NCBI GenBank assembly: GCA_040755155.1
Contig: JBFMBP010000084.1
Span: forward strand, 405 to 64,404
Direction of reading: 5' to 3'
Source: Candidatus Omnitrophota bacterium
Lineage (GTDB): Bacteria; Hinthialibacterota; Hinthialibacteria; Hinthialibacterales; Hinthialibacteraceae
Length of the DNA: 64,000 nucleotides
Below the pieces are notes generated by a model. That model worked only from the letters and a program-made list of their open reading frames with translations. It was not told where the DNA came from and made no database searches. The stretch's first letter is position 1; every line of letters begins with the position of its first letter. Position numbers and translations under genes: made by a program. Below, one piece after another: positions 18,505 through 29,431 of this stretch.

Positions 18505-19767
18505 ATGACGTGTTGCGCTTCGCTTTATGCCGACTCTGCATTTACACTATTTGCTATTGATATCATGACGTCAAAACGTTTCTTCTATCTTCTCGCCTTC
18601 GCTTTGTTCCTGCGCCTGGTTTTTATCTTCGGCGTTCTAAACTTCCATCCCTCGCTCTATGCCTTCGTGGATGGAGACGGTTATATGGAAATGGGCGAGC
18701 AGTTTCACCGGGGCGAGTACCTTTTCGAGAACAAATATTTCCAGCGTTTACCTTTTTATCCGGCGATCGTCTCTTTCATTTCGCTACTACCGGTTGATCG
18801 GATTCTTCTGGTTCGCTTTTGGAATATTCTTGTCGATGCCGTCGCTCTCGCCATGATCTATATTTACGCAAAAAGCGCCTTCAACGAACGCTGCGCTCTT
18901 TTCGCGGGCTTTCTCTATGCCCTCCATCCTCTCGTCGTCTATCGCCTGGGCATGGTCAATACCGAAATTCTGCAAGCGGCGCTTCTAGCCATCTGCGTTC
19001 TCGGCGCACTCTTCCTTCTGCGCGCCGCCAGCCCGCGCAAAGCCCTTTTGCTATCGATGGCGATGACGTTATTCCTATTTGTCAATACGGCGGGCCGCCT
19101 GCTTCCCGTCCTCTACGCCGCTTTCATGATGATATACGTCAGAGGGAAAAAAACTTTACTCGTCATCGCTTGTTATCTAACGCCAGCAATCTCTTTTATT
19201 CTCGCATGGGGCGTTTATAATTACGTTGTTTCAGGGGAGTATTTTCTCTTCGACACGCGCGGGGGAAAAGAATTTTGGGTCGGCAATTGCCAAGCCATCG
19301 ATGGACGCGAAGAAGGCCCGCAGCGGGAATTTTTTCTGCAACAATTGCAACGGAAATTGGATCGTTATATCTACGAATTCAAACTCACGCCTAAAGGTTT
19401 GAACGATCGCCTATTCCAGGACGGCATGGACGAAATCCGCGCCAATCCGCGCGGGGCGCTGCTTCTCTTTGCGAAGAAAGTTATCCGCTTCTGGTTCGTC
19501 CCCGCATCGGAAACCATGCTTTGGTTTACGATTCCCTTGCAAGGATTCTATCTTTTGACGGCGCTGTACGGAGCTTATCTTCTAGGAATCCGTTCGCCCG
19601 AATCCGCCATTCCTTTTTTCACGATCGCCTATTTCAACGCCATTTACGCCGTCTCCTACGCTTGCATCCGCTATAGCCACGCCGTCATGCCTCTTGTTTG
19701 CATCTTCAGCGGCGCGGCTCTTTCTTTCCTCTATGAGAGATGGAAGCTCTCGAAGGCCCGCGCATGA
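18505..19767 (+). CDS. GT-C fold membrane glycosyltransferase (PMT_2/ArnT-like, GT39/GT83-type)
   Basis: Multipass membrane protein with an early periplasmic loop carrying acidic/aromatic residues ([14 protein letters not shown]). True start may be M at 18568. Confidence 0.55.
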   Translation: MTCCASLYADSAFTLFAIDIMTSKRFFYLLAFALFLRLVFIFGVLNFHPSLYAFVDGDGYMEMGEQFHRGEYLFENKYFQRLPFYPAIVSFISLLPVDRILLVRFWNILVDAVALAMIYIYAKSAFNERCALFAGFLYALHPLVVYRLGMVNTEILQAALLAICVLGALFLLRAASPRKALLLSMAMTLFLFVNTAGRLLPVLYAAFMMIYVRGKKTLLVIACYLTPAISFILAWGVYNYVVSGEYFLFDTRGGKEFWVGNCQAIDGREEGPQREFFLQQLQRKLDRYIYEFKLTPKGLNDRLFQDGMDEIRANPRGALLLFAKKVIRFWFVPASETMLWFTIPLQGFYLLTALYGAYLLGIRSPESAIPFFTIAYFNAIYAVSYACIRYSHAVMPLVCIFSGAALSFLYERWKLSKARA

Positions 19768-20699
19768 ACAACGCCCAACCGCCCAAGGTTTCCGTCGTCC
19801 TGCCCGCGTACAACCGGGAACGCACGATTCTGCGCGCATTGAACAGCGTTCTAAGCCAAACTTTCGCCGATTTCGAAATTCTCGCCGTCGACGACGGCTC
19901 CGCCGACGGAACGATAAAAGCCATCCAATCCTGCGCCGATCCCCGCATTCGCTGCCTGCGCCACGAAAAAAATCGCGGCGCCGCCGCCGCCCGCAACACC
20001 GGCATCAAAGCGGCGCGAGGCGAATATGTCGCTTTTCTCGATTCCGACGACGAATGGCTGCCTCAAAAATTGGAACTCCAAACCGCCGCTCTCGACGCCT
20101 GCTGTCCTGAAACCGGCGGTAATTCCACCTGGACTTTCGACCATTTCCCTCAGCAAGAAAGAACTGTCGTCCATAGCCCGCGCATCGAAGGCCCCTTTCT
20201 CAAGCATATCGCTCTCGGCTGCGATCTACGCCCCGGAACGGCGCTTATGATCCGCCGTTCAGTCTATGACGATGTGGGATTGTACGACGATACGCTGACA
20301 CGGCTGGAAGATTGGGACTGGCTGCTGCGGTTCGCGCAAAAGTATACCCTCGATATTGTTAAAGAACCGCTCGCCCATATCCACATGGGAGCGATGCCGC
20401 CCACGTCAAGGGTTGAAGCGCCCACTCTGGCGATCATTCAACGCTTCCTTCATCCCATGACCCAATTCGGGCGCCTTTTCCGCCAGCGAGCCATTGCCCT
20501 GCAATACATGCTGCTGGCGGCGGGATTCTTCCGCGACCGCCGCTATGGCAAAGGCTTCCGTTATTTCCTTAAAGGGTTTTCGCAATATCCGCTGCAGCGT
20601 CCAGGAACGTTGGTTTTTGTACTCGATTCCCTGCTGGGAACCTCTCTGGCTCTACGCGTTTCCCAATGGAAACGCCGCCTATTCGGCAGCGCCCAATAA
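19764..20699 (+). CDS. family 2 glycosyltransferase (possible polyprenyl-phosphate sugar synthase)
   Basis: VSVVLPAYNRERTILRALNSV...ILAVDDGSADGT...AFLDSDDEW are the GT2 DxD/DD motifs. ATGA start-stop overlap with the upstream gene. Confidence 0.85.
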   Translation: MNNAQPPKVSVVLPAYNRERTILRALNSVLSQTFADFEILAVDDGSADGTIKAIQSCADPRIRCLRHEKNRGAAAARNTGIKAARGEYVAFLDSDDEWLPQKLELQTAALDACCPETGGNSTWTFDHFPQQERTVVHSPRIEGPFLKHIALGCDLRPGTALMIRRSVYDDVGLYDDTLTRLEDWDWLLRFAQKYTLDIVKEPLAHIHMGAMPPTSRVEAPTLAIIQRFLHPMTQFGRLFRQRAIALQYMLLAAGFFRDRRYGKGFRYFLKGFSQYPLQRPGTLVFVLDSLLGTSLALRVSQWKRRLFGSAQ

Positions 20700-20786
20700 T
20701 CGATTCCCGCGAAAAAAACATCCTCAATCCCGGCGCATTTTTCTTGCATCGGAATTGAGGATGAATCAGCGGTTGATTTCCCTTTT

Positions 20787-22340
20787 TCAGGACAATAATA
20801 ATCTTTTCTTGTCCATCGTCGTTTCGCCGATATCGAAATGGCTTACCATTTCCTGCAGTGATTGCGCTTGCGCGGCCAATTCCTCGCTGGAAGAAGCGCA
20901 TTCTTCGCTGGAGGAGGAATTCTCTCGCGTAACCTGTTCGAGCTGATGAATGACCGTGCGAAGTTGTTCGCCGCTTTGCGTCTGTTCGTTGCAGTTGGCG
21001 CTGATTTGACGCACCAACTCGGAAGCGTTTTTAATATCGGGCACGACGGACTGAATCAAAGCGCCCGCTTCTTCCGCTTTGACGACGCTGCTCTTGGCCA
21101 TTTCGCCGATCTCTTTCGCGGCGACCTGGCTGCGTTCGGCGAGTTTGCGAACTTCGACCGCGACGACGGCGAAGCCTTTGCCCATCTCTCCGGCGCGAGC
21201 GGCTTCAATGGCGGCGTTGAGCGCCAGCAGATTGGTCTGGTCGGATATGTCATTAATGATCGTTATTTTATCGGCGATGGTTTTCATGGCGTCCACCGTT
21301 TCCATTACCGCCTGGCCGCCTCGATCCGCTTCCACGGCGGCTTTGGACGATACATCCTCGGTCTGGCGGGCGTTTTTCGAGTTATTGCCGATGGTTCTGA
21401 TTAAGTCATCGATCGTTTTCGCGGCTTCCTCCAAATTGGACGCTTGTTCCGTCGCTCCTTGAGCCAGGCTTTGCGACGAAGTGGATAGGTGTTCCGAACT
21501 AGCGGCTACTTGTTCCGCGGATTGTTGAATCCCTTGGATGATCTCCCGCAACGATGCGGACATTTGCGCCAATTCGCCGGCGATTACGCCGATTTCGTCT
21601 TTTTGATCGATATCAAGGGATTGATTCAATTTTCCGGCGGACAAATCTTGGATCATTCTCATGCATTTCGCTAAGGGATTCGTAATCCCTTTATTGATGA
21701 GATAGGAGAGAAGAATCCCGGCGATTAAGCCTATCACCATAATGAAAAAAAAGTCGAATACGTTCCGGCCATACGACGCATTGGCTGTTTCATGATCGGT
21801 TTGCGATATTTTCAGAAGGATTTGTTGCAACTGGTCCAGGTAAGCCCGCGTCGCTTCGAATTTTTCTTGCGCTATCCCCAGAGATAGATCGAGCGCCAGG
21901 CGCCGCCCCTCGCGCGTGTCCGCCGAACGGCCGTCGACAATTTGTTGAGATATGGCTTTCCACTCGTCTCGGCTTTTTTCGAACTGGGGGAAAAGAGTTT
22001 GTTCTTCCTCGTTTTGGCAGAGAGCCTTGTATTTTTGCCAACGTTCTTCCATCTGGTTGTAATTGTCATTATAGTCGGCGGCCAATTGCTTGAATTGATC
22101 CGTCGCGGCATCGCAAAAAATCATGGAACGTTCGGCGACCAGCAATTGTTGGAGATCGCGATCGACTTCGATCAAATAATCGAGACTTGGAATTCTCGTC
22201 GTAAAAACGTCGTTCAGAATTCGCTGCCGTACTTTTAGGCTCCAATACCCCTCGATGCCAATAACGCCGATAAGAACAATCATGATGAAAAAAGCAAGAT
22301 TCAATTTGAAAGCGAGCGATAAATCCCTAAACCATTTCAT
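20787..22340 (-). CDS. methyl-accepting chemotaxis protein (4HB sensor, HAMP, MCP signalling domain)
   Basis: N-terminal TM plus 4-helix-bundle sensor region and a second TM. Conserved MCP hairpin ...[33 protein letters not shown]. Confidence 0.9.
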   Translation of the reverse strand: MKWFRDLSLAFKLNLAFFIMIVLIGVIGIEGYWSLKVRQRILNDVFTTRIPSLDYLIEVDRDLQQLLVAERSMIFCDAATDQFKQLAADYNDNYNQMEERWQKYKALCQNEEEQTLFPQFEKSRDEWKAISQQIVDGRSADTREGRRLALDLSLGIAQEKFEATRAYLDQLQQILLKISQTDHETANASYGRNVFDFFFIMVIGLIAGILLSYLINKGITNPLAKCMRMIQDLSAGKLNQSLDIDQKDEIGVIAGELAQMSASLREIIQGIQQSAEQVAASSEHLSTSSQSLAQGATEQASNLEEAAKTIDDLIRTIGNNSKNARQTEDVSSKAAVEADRGGQAVMETVDAMKTIADKITIINDISDQTNLLALNAAIEAARAGEMGKGFAVVAVEVRKLAERSQVAAKEIGEMAKSSVVKAEEAGALIQSVVPDIKNASELVRQISANCNEQTQSGEQLRTVIHQLEQVTRENSSSSEECASSSEELAAQAQSLQEMVSHFDIGETTMDKKRLLLS

Positions 22341-22449
22341 GGCGGCAATCCCTTCTAAAGCTAATTAATTCTTTCAACGAGTTTGAAGATCACGGCGCAG
22401 AGGCGAAGCTAACGCCCCTGCGCCATGATCGATTGGCGTGAGCATTCCC

Positions 22450-23046
22450 TCATTTGAATTTATCGATGTTGATTCCAATTGTAATCGCGCCGATCACGAT
22501 TTCTTTTTTCGTCTCTTTATCCACTACTTCTTTCACGGGCACGGAGATTTGAACGAGATAAGCCTGGGTGCTGTCGTCAAATTTCACGTCGCCGATATCG
22601 ATGCCGCCCTTTCCTTCGTTGAACGACTTCTTGAACTTGTCTTCGTCGCCCTGCCAATAATCGGAAGTCTTGTCCGTCATGGCGACGTTGGCGCCTAGAT
22701 TGTCCATGACGAAAATCTCGTCGAAGAACGGTTGGCTTTTCAACAGTTTGGTAATTAGGTGTTTACTGCATTCCGATTCCATCATGGCCTTCATATAATC
22801 CGCGATGCCCGGCGTCTTGGTCCACTTTTCGTCCATCGCCTTCACTTGTTCCAACGTTTTCTTTTTGGCGTTCTCTTCTTTCACGGCTTTGACGATAATG
22901 GGATCATAGCCCCATTTAACCAGTTCCTTCTCGCCGAAATCGATGACTTTTTGCGGCGCCTTTTCCGCCTCTTTTTCCGCCGCGAAGGCCCAGCCGGCAA
23001 AAACGAATAAGCCTCCCATGGCAATGAAAACCAACATTCTTTTCAT
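22450..23046 (-). CDS. secreted stand-alone Cache/PDC-like ligand-binding domain protein
   Basis: Signal peptide. Segment FVMDNLGANVAMTDKTSDYWQGDE...VKFDDSTQAYLVQISVPV resembles Cache sensor modules. No TM or transmitter domain. Confidence 0.4.
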   Translation of the reverse strand: MKRMLVFIAMGGLFVFAGWAFAAEKEAEKAPQKVIDFGEKELVKWGYDPIIVKAVKEENAKKKTLEQVKAMDEKWTKTPGIADYMKAMMESECSKHLITKLLKSQPFFDEIFVMDNLGANVAMTDKTSDYWQGDEDKFKKSFNEGKGGIDIGDVKFDDSTQAYLVQISVPVKEVVDKETKKEIVIGAITIGINIDKFK

Positions 23047-23107
23047 GATCGTATTCTCCTATTATGGCTTAATAATGATCCCCAAGCGTTATATGATCCA
23101 TATGGAT

Positions 23108-24508
23108 TTAAAAATCGAGTTGCAGCCTCATCATGAAGATATCCGCGTCTTGATCCACTCCCGCCGTATCGTCGCTTTCCGAATGGACGTAATCCCACAT
23201 AACGCGGGTGAAGGGATTGAGATACCAGTTCAAGGCGAGGGCGTAATCGTCCATATCTCCACCTATCGCGGTCGCAACCGGCGTATCGCTTAAATCCAAA
23301 TTGGTGTAGCGCGCTGCGACTTCCCAAGCGCCCCAGCCGCCGTTCTTCAGGCTGAAGTTGTTTTTGGGCTTCACTTGCGTCCACATTCCCTCGCCCAGCT
23401 TGTAGGGACGGGATTCGCCCGTCAGGAAATACGACGCTTGGACGTAATAGGAATCGAAAGAAGGAGAATCGGCAGCCACGGCATCCACTTCCGAATGAAC
23501 GTACTCGCTCGAAAGCGTAAAGGGACCATATACCATAGCCAACTCTGCGCCGATCATATCGACGGCGTCCGCATTGATCCCCGCCGTATCGACCAGAGTC
23601 GTGTTGGCGCCCGTATTGTAGTAACTTCCGCGTGAATTATAACGAAGGGCGTCGCCTCCCCATTCCTTATGGCTATAAGCCGCTCCCAAGTGAAGAAGCT
23701 TTTCGCCGTTGTCTTCGTACCATGGCAATCCGGTTAGGCGAGCGGTTATATCCCAATCGCCCGCCGATCCATCGCTTTCCCATCCGTTGCCGAAAGCGTT
23801 GGTCCGCTTGAAAACTCCGGCTTCCCACGTCATACGGTTATCCAAAACTCCATTATGAAACATAATGCCGGTGCTGCGGCTGGGAGAGACTAAAGCGTTG
23901 AGCGGCGCTCTTTCCAAAAAGGTGAGATCGCCGTTAAACATCAGTTCTTCCATACTGAAAGGTTCCTTATAATAACCGAAGCGAATTTGAGTAAAATCCA
24001 ATCCCGTATAATCGAAATACAGATCTTTCCATCTCGTTACGCCGTCGTTTTCTAGTCCATATTGCAATTTGAAATCGAAATCGTCGTATACCTTACCCAA
24101 GATTTTCAGCCAAACCCGGCGGAATGTCGTACCGTCCTGAAAATCACCATTATCGACCGAGCCGGCGTACCAATCGCTTTGCACTCGTCCTCCGATTTTA
24201 AGCTTATGCGCGCCGTCCGCCGATTCGAAATTCAAGCCGCCTTTCCAATAACCTTTCGCATCCGTAGGTTTCCCTTTTTTCTCCTCTACGCTTTTCTCGA
24301 CGGTCTCCTTGATCACCGCCGTTTCCGATTTTCCCTCCTCCAGTTTCTTTTCCAGATCGTCTACCCGTTGCAGCAGATCTTGCACCATTTTCTCCAATTT
24401 CAATTCTCTTTCCGTAGGTTCTTGCGCCTCCGCTGCAAACATCGGCGCAGAGCTTCCCCACAAAACCAGGCATACTGCCAATATCCATCTTGCTCTACTC
24501 ATTCCCAT
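23108..24508 (-). CDS. phosphate-selective porin O/P family outer-membrane porin with an N-terminal coiled-coil
   Basis: Signal peptide, coiled-coil (LKLEKMVQDLLQRVDDLEKKLEE), then OprO/OprP-like beta-strand motifs (LKIGGRVQSDWY; FRRVWLKILGKV; C-terminal MMRLQLDF). Confidence 0.7.
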   Translation of the reverse strand: MGMSRARWILAVCLVLWGSSAPMFAAEAQEPTERELKLEKMVQDLLQRVDDLEKKLEEGKSETAVIKETVEKSVEEKKGKPTDAKGYWKGGLNFESADGAHKLKIGGRVQSDWYAGSVDNGDFQDGTTFRRVWLKILGKVYDDFDFKLQYGLENDGVTRWKDLYFDYTGLDFTQIRFGYYKEPFSMEELMFNGDLTFLERAPLNALVSPSRSTGIMFHNGVLDNRMTWEAGVFKRTNAFGNGWESDGSAGDWDITARLTGLPWYEDNGEKLLHLGAAYSHKEWGGDALRYNSRGSYYNTGANTTLVDTAGINADAVDMIGAELAMVYGPFTLSSEYVHSEVDAVAADSPSFDSYYVQASYFLTGESRPYKLGEGMWTQVKPKNNFSLKNGGWGAWEVAARYTNLDLSDTPVATAIGGDMDDYALALNWYLNPFTRVMWDYVHSESDDTAGVDQDADIFMMRLQLDF

Positions 24509-24870
24509 TCTTCCTTTCTTTAAATAAATATAACAAAACAGTCCTTCGCATTATCAATTTATATGCCAGAGATATAACTATTTCCAATATGGATTTAAAT
24601 TCTTTATTTTCAATAAATTACGGATAAGGAAACATCCAACGGGTAGGTTAGCCATCGCGAAACAAATCGTTCGTTGTATCTGAAAAGGTTAATCGCAGTA
24701 ACAGGGCGCGTTACAAATCCCGTAAGCCGATTCATATTCCCCGCTCGAATAACAGAATGCGCATAGAAGGAATTCTTTGGAAAAAAATCCTATTTCGATT
24801 ATGATGCGTCTATACGGATTTGCCGCCGCTAATTTATAATGATGCACATCCAGAAAGGGAGGATTCAATC

Positions 24871-25749
24871 ATGCAGGAATCTACGATTTCTCGCCGTTCG
24901 GCGCTGGGCGCTTTGACTACGGGCGTTTTAGGGGCCGCCGCAGGCTCTCCCCAAGCGCTTGCCAGTGAAACCAGCGGCAAATTGAAAGAAAACATCAAGC
25001 AGTCGGTTTCCAAATGGTGCTTCGACAAATTCATCCAACAGAATTCCTACGACGAATTCGCCAAACGCTGCGCCGAATTAGGCCTGGCCGGCATCGACCT
25101 GATCGATTACAAGGAATGGCCCACGGCTCAAAAATACGGGCTGGTTCCCACCATGACGCCGGGCGCGGGTAATATCCCCAACGCCTTGAACGTCAAGGAC
25201 AATCACGCCAAATGCCTTGAAGAATTCAAAACGAATATCCCGCGCGCTGCGGAAAATAAAGTCCCCAACGTAATCACTTTTTCCGGCAACCGGCGGGGCA
25301 TGAGCGACGAAGAAGGATGGGAGAATTGCGCCCTGGGTTTGAAAGAAGCCGTCAAGATCGCCGAAGACAAGGGCGTGATCATCTGCATGGAACTGCTCAA
25401 CAGCAAGGTCGATCACAAGGATTACATGTGCGATCATACGGAATGGGGCGTGGAATTATGCAAGCGGGTCAATTCGCCCAATTTCAAACTCCTTTACGAC
25501 ATTTACCACATGCAGATCATGGAAGGCGATATCATCCGCACTATCAAAAAGTACTCGCCATACCTCGGCCATTTCCACACCGGTGGCAATCCGGGACGGC
25601 TGGATATCGACGATACGCAGGAACTTTTTTATCCCCCCATCATGAAAGCCATTGTAGAAACGGGATACAAGGGATATGTCGCGCATGAATTCATCCCCAA
25701 AAACGGATTGGACTCGCTGGCGGCGGCAATCAGACTGTGCGACGTATAA
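24871..25749 (+). CDS. sugar-phosphate isomerase/epimerase (xylose-isomerase-like TIM barrel) with a Tat signal peptide
   Basis: Twin-arginine motif SRRSALGAL. TIM-barrel metal-binding residues (E..D..H..E pattern, HFHTGGNPGRLD). Strong RBS aaagggagg upstream. Confidence 0.85.
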   Translation: MQESTISRRSALGALTTGVLGAAAGSPQALASETSGKLKENIKQSVSKWCFDKFIQQNSYDEFAKRCAELGLAGIDLIDYKEWPTAQKYGLVPTMTPGAGNIPNALNVKDNHAKCLEEFKTNIPRAAENKVPNVITFSGNRRGMSDEEGWENCALGLKEAVKIAEDKGVIICMELLNSKVDHKDYMCDHTEWGVELCKRVNSPNFKLLYDIYHMQIMEGDIIRTIKKYSPYLGHFHTGGNPGRLDIDDTQELFYPPIMKAIVETGYKGYVAHEFIPKNGLDSLAAAIRLCDV

Positions 25750-25887
25750 ATAGAAAAGCCGTGGTCAGTGTTCATAAAAGTAGGATGGGTCGCGTTTTTT
25801 GACCCATCAAGAGTTATGGTACGGTTGGACGGCAAAGGCAAGGCGAAGCCTGCCTTTGTTCTTTTTCGCAAATTATGTAGAACCTCT

Positions 25888-26034
25888 TGCAAAATTCTTT
25901 TATTCCTCCCCCATGCTTGGGGGAGGTTAGGAGGGGTTAACGTAAGTCCATTAAAATCAACCCCCCTCTAACTCCCCCCAAGCTTGGGGGGAGAATTTAA
26001 AGACGGATTTCATTAATTTTGCATGAGCCTCATG
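25888..26034. repeat. MITE-like element family B copy 2 (inverted orientation relative to copy 1)
   Basis: Reverse complement of 14741-14888 with the same TIRs (cctcttgcaaaatt / aattttgcatgagcctc) and hairpin cores. Confidence 0.7.
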
Positions 26035-26099
26035 TAGATAATCTGCCGGGGGAACGGCTTGCCGTTCCCCCCAGTTTTAACTCCGCCGGAGCGCCGGGT

Positions 26100-26714
26100 A
26101 TGGAAGAAACAATCAACAAACTTCACCAAGAATTTTCCGAACTGTCCCAAGCCTTGAGCGTGGGGCGGCCTTCCTGGGACGAGTATTTCATGATGATGGC
26201 GAAACTAGCAGCTACGCGTTCGACCTGCTACTCGCGTCCCGTCGGCGCCGTCATCGTTCGGGACCGGCGCCTTCTAGCGACGGGCTACAACGGAGCGCCG
26301 CCAGGAACCTGGCATTGCACGGACGAGAAGAAATGCTTTTGGCGGCAGCCGGAAAATCACGTCCCCGGCATCGAACCTCGCGAATTGTCGCGCGCCATCC
26401 ACGCCGAAATGAACGCCATCGCTCATGCCGCCCGCAAGGGCATCAGCATCGAAGGGGGAACGCTCTACTGCACCCTCTCGCCTTGCATTAACTGTTTCAA
26501 AGTAGTCATCAGCGCCGGAATCAAAGAAGTCTTCTTCGAACATATTTACGATTTCAATAATAATGGGGGCGACAAATTCCTGCTGGATTACTACGCCCAA
26601 TACAAAAATATCATTTCTGTGAAGCAACTGAAAATAACGGATCAAGGCCAAAGAACCGCCATCCAATTCCTTTCGGATATCACATCCAAACGGCGGCACG
26701 ATCACTATTCTTGA
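26100..26714 (+). CDS. dCMP deaminase (ComEB-type cytidine/deoxycytidylate deaminase)
   Basis: HAEMNAI and PCINC zinc-binding motifs. Start moved to the internal Met because the upstream ORF portion overlaps the MITE. Confidence 0.85.
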   Translation: MEETINKLHQEFSELSQALSVGRPSWDEYFMMMAKLAATRSTCYSRPVGAVIVRDRRLLATGYNGAPPGTWHCTDEKKCFWRQPENHVPGIEPRELSRAIHAEMNAIAHAARKGISIEGGTLYCTLSPCINCFKVVISAGIKEVFFEHIYDFNNNGGDKFLLDYYAQYKNIISVKQLKITDQGQRTAIQFLSDITSKRRHDHYS

Positions 26715-27015
26715 GAAATTCCTTCCTCTTACCGCTGCGCTTCGTGCGAGCGGCGCATTGAAGATAATCCCCTCTTTTCAAAAAAAAATTTCAGAGAATG
26801 GTTTTATTTGCCGATAACCATAGTGATAACGGTGAATTTTTGCCTAGAGAAGTAGGTCATAATAGCGCATTTTTTTCACAAGAGCGCATCAGTCAGTGAA
26901 GAGAGGGTAATAGTAAATCCATATTGATGAATATGTTATATGCCATATCGAAAGCCTGCGCCTCATAATGGCATGATACTTACTAATTTAAGTAAGAAAA
27001 AAGGCAAGGTGGATC

Positions 27016-27384
27016 ATGAAAGTCCTCATCAATGAAAGAAACGAAGATATCCGCAAACTATACGAGGTAATCTTCTCCCCGTATGAAGCGGAAATCACCT
27101 TTGCGGAAGACGCCGACGAAGCGCAGGCCAGCGCCGAGAGGGATCATTTCGATCTAGTGCTTCTCGATGTAGGCTTTCCGGATATGGAAGGCATCGCTGT
27201 GGCCGATCATCTTCACAGCAAGGTACCCGATCATTCGCTGGTGCTAGTCTCCTCGGTTCCGGTAGCCAAGATCATCAGCGAGGAGTTGAAAAAATCCATC
27301 AGCCTTTTCATGAAGCCTTTGGATATCAAAGGATTGCAAAATCTAATTCGCAGCCGCTTTCACTTGGCGCCATCTATGGCCTGA
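27016..27384 (+). CDS. stand-alone CheY-like receiver domain protein with a degenerate acidic pocket
   Basis: Receiver fold with phospho-acceptor Asp (LLDVGFPDMEG), Ser (LVSS) and Lys (MKP). The usual DD pair is replaced by E-R-N-E. Confidence 0.65.
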   Translation: MKVLINERNEDIRKLYEVIFSPYEAEITFAEDADEAQASAERDHFDLVLLDVGFPDMEGIAVADHLHSKVPDHSLVLVSSVPVAKIISEELKKSISLFMKPLDIKGLQNLIRSRFHLAPSMA

Positions 27385-27413
27385 AAAATCAACTTTATTC
27401 GATAAAAAAACAA

Positions 27414-27452
27414 CGTCCCCCGGAGAACTAACCAGGGGATGTTTTATTTTCC
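27414..27452. terminator. bidirectional rho-independent terminator between convergent genes
   Basis: gtcccccgg...ccagggga stem-loop followed by tgttttatttt. Confidence 0.5.
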
Positions 27453-27470
27453 TTCTCTTCAAACCAATTT

Positions 27471-28085
27471 TTATATGATCAATTTTTTCACGGCCTTGAA
27501 TTCATCCGTCCCGGCTTCCTTCAGTAATTCGAACAATACCGCCTCCGTATCGGTCAGGATTGCGCCCGCGTTTTGCATACGTTCGAAAGCGAGATCGCGG
27601 TTGAAGTCGCTGCGGGAGCATGTCGCCAGGACAGGTATTTGCGCTTGGTAGCCGTTGGCGAGAAGATCGAGAACCGTTTGCATGACGCAGACGTGAGTTT
27701 CGACTCCCGTCGCGATGACCTGTTTGCGCTTGGTCTTGCGCAGGAGTTTCCAAAAATCGGCGTTTCCGCAGCAACTGAACGTCATTTTTTCGGCGGTCAT
27801 GGCGGGATCGATCTCCTTGGCGATATCCTCCACGATAGGCCCTAAGCCTTGCGGATATTGCGCGGCGGCGATGATGGGAACGCCAAGCATCTTAGCGCCT
27901 TCCATCAAGCGAACGATTTCAGCGACAAGGGTAACGCGATGTTCCATGATATCGACGAGTTTCTTTTGGCAGTCGATGACGAGCAAAACCGCGTCCTCCC
28001 GCCGCAGAATGCTTTCATGTTTTTTGAATTTGGCGCGGCTGGACGCCGAAGCCGTTTTTGGGGAACTTGCCGTTTGCGCATTCAT
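27471..28085 (-). CDS. isochorismatase-family cysteine hydrolase (YcaC-like)
   Basis: Catalytic triad context VIDCQ (Asp), Lys, THVCVMQT (Cys). Confidence 0.8.
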   Translation of the reverse strand: MNAQTASSPKTASASSRAKFKKHESILRREDAVLLVIDCQKKLVDIMEHRVTLVAEIVRLMEGAKMLGVPIIAAAQYPQGLGPIVEDIAKEIDPAMTAEKMTFSCCGNADFWKLLRKTKRKQVIATGVETHVCVMQTVLDLLANGYQAQIPVLATCSRSDFNRDLAFERMQNAGAILTDTEAVLFELLKEAGTDEFKAVKKLII

Positions 28086-28275
28086 AGTAAACCTCCAAGC
28101 GCTTATTCTTCTAACTTTAGTCTTTTTATCGAATGCAAAGGGAAACGATTCCGCCTCCGGCGGATTCTATGACGAGTGGTTTCGTTCGGCGGGCGATTTA
28201 CGAACGGAAGGCATGCTTCGATTCTCAATAATCGGCGATCGATTATTCCCCCTCGCCGCTAATTCGAAAATTCCG

Positions 28276-29343
28276 TTACTTTTTCTTCTTTTTCTTGGGA
28301 TCTTCCGCCGCTTCCTCTTCTTCTTTCGGCGGGAAGCGTTCTTTCCATAAGGCGTCTACTTCATTGACAAAGTTTTGTTGGTTGGTGCTGGAAATTTGCT
28401 TCAAGCGGTTATCGGCGTAGTTGCGGGCGTAACGAAGGCATTTATCGCCCGATTCATCGTCTTTGAAGCGGTAATGGAATTTCGCCATCAGCAGATTCAT
28501 GCCGCCGTCTTTCAACTCGCTGGGGATGGCGCTGAGGTCGTCGTTGCGGAAGCTCATTTTCATGTAATTATAGGCTTCGTTCCAATATTCCTCGATAAGA
28601 TCCTTATACCGCTCCTCATTCTCATCTTCCAATGTTTTCATCAGTTCCTGCAGGAACTGGATGGTTTGAAGATAATTGGCGCCGATAAAATAAAAGCGCG
28701 GTTCGGGGGATTTCATATCCAAGGTTTTTTCGCTGAATTCCATTTCCACGGCATTTTTCAGAGTTACGTAATCCCAATGGGCAGGTTCCACATCGTAATT
28801 GTAGGCGATGCGTAACAGCTGGCAGTAGCGATCCACGGCGAAACAGGCTATAGCCGTAATATAATCGCGCGGCTCCGCAAACATCAATGTGAAAAACTGG
28901 AGGCCGAACTTTTCCTTATTTTGCCAGATTTTTTCGAAAGTGGCTTTGGTGCGCGTGTTGGCGGGACGGTTGTTTTTCTTGTCGAGCATGGCGCTTTCTT
29001 TCTCAAAGCGGCTATACGCATCGACGAGAACCTGGAAGCGCTCGCGAGTGGTTTTGTTGAAGAATTCTTTGATTTGGTTATGTTTGGAAGGACTGCGGAA
29101 AAACATGGTGTATTTGTCGACGCCGAAGCTGTATTCGTTGGAAGCGGTGAAACAAGTAGGACAAATCGTGGTTTTCAAAACGTCTGGATATTCGTCGTAT
29201 TCCCCGACGGGCTGCGTGTGGGCTACCATCCATTCATCCATCACGATCGTTTGGCTTTTGGTGATGAATTGATAATTGAACATAGGACCTTCGCAGGTCA
29301 AACATTTCGTATCGCGCTTCCATAAGGATTTCTTTTTGGGCAT
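28276..29343 (-). CDS. hypothetical protein with an N-terminal CxxC...CxxC zinc ribbon, possibly DUF2225-like, and a poly-Lys C-terminal tail
   Basis: CLTCEG...CPTCFTASNEY spacing resembles the DUF2225 zinc ribbon. Helical C-terminal region ends KKKKKK. Confidence 0.35.
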   Translation of the reverse strand: MPKKKSLWKRDTKCLTCEGPMFNYQFITKSQTIVMDEWMVAHTQPVGEYDEYPDVLKTTICPTCFTASNEYSFGVDKYTMFFRSPSKHNQIKEFFNKTTRERFQVLVDAYSRFEKESAMLDKKNNRPANTRTKATFEKIWQNKEKFGLQFFTLMFAEPRDYITAIACFAVDRYCQLLRIAYNYDVEPAHWDYVTLKNAVEMEFSEKTLDMKSPEPRFYFIGANYLQTIQFLQELMKTLEDENEERYKDLIEEYWNEAYNYMKMSFRNDDLSAIPSELKDGGMNLLMAKFHYRFKDDESGDKCLRYARNYADNRLKQISSTNQQNFVNEVDALWKERFPPKEEEEAAEDPKKKKKK

Positions 29344-29431
29344 TATGAAAATCCTCCGAACAAACCTGATTTGAAGCCGCTATTCCCAATTAGTCATAAG
29401 ATCAACATAACATCAATCCCTTCAAACGCTT

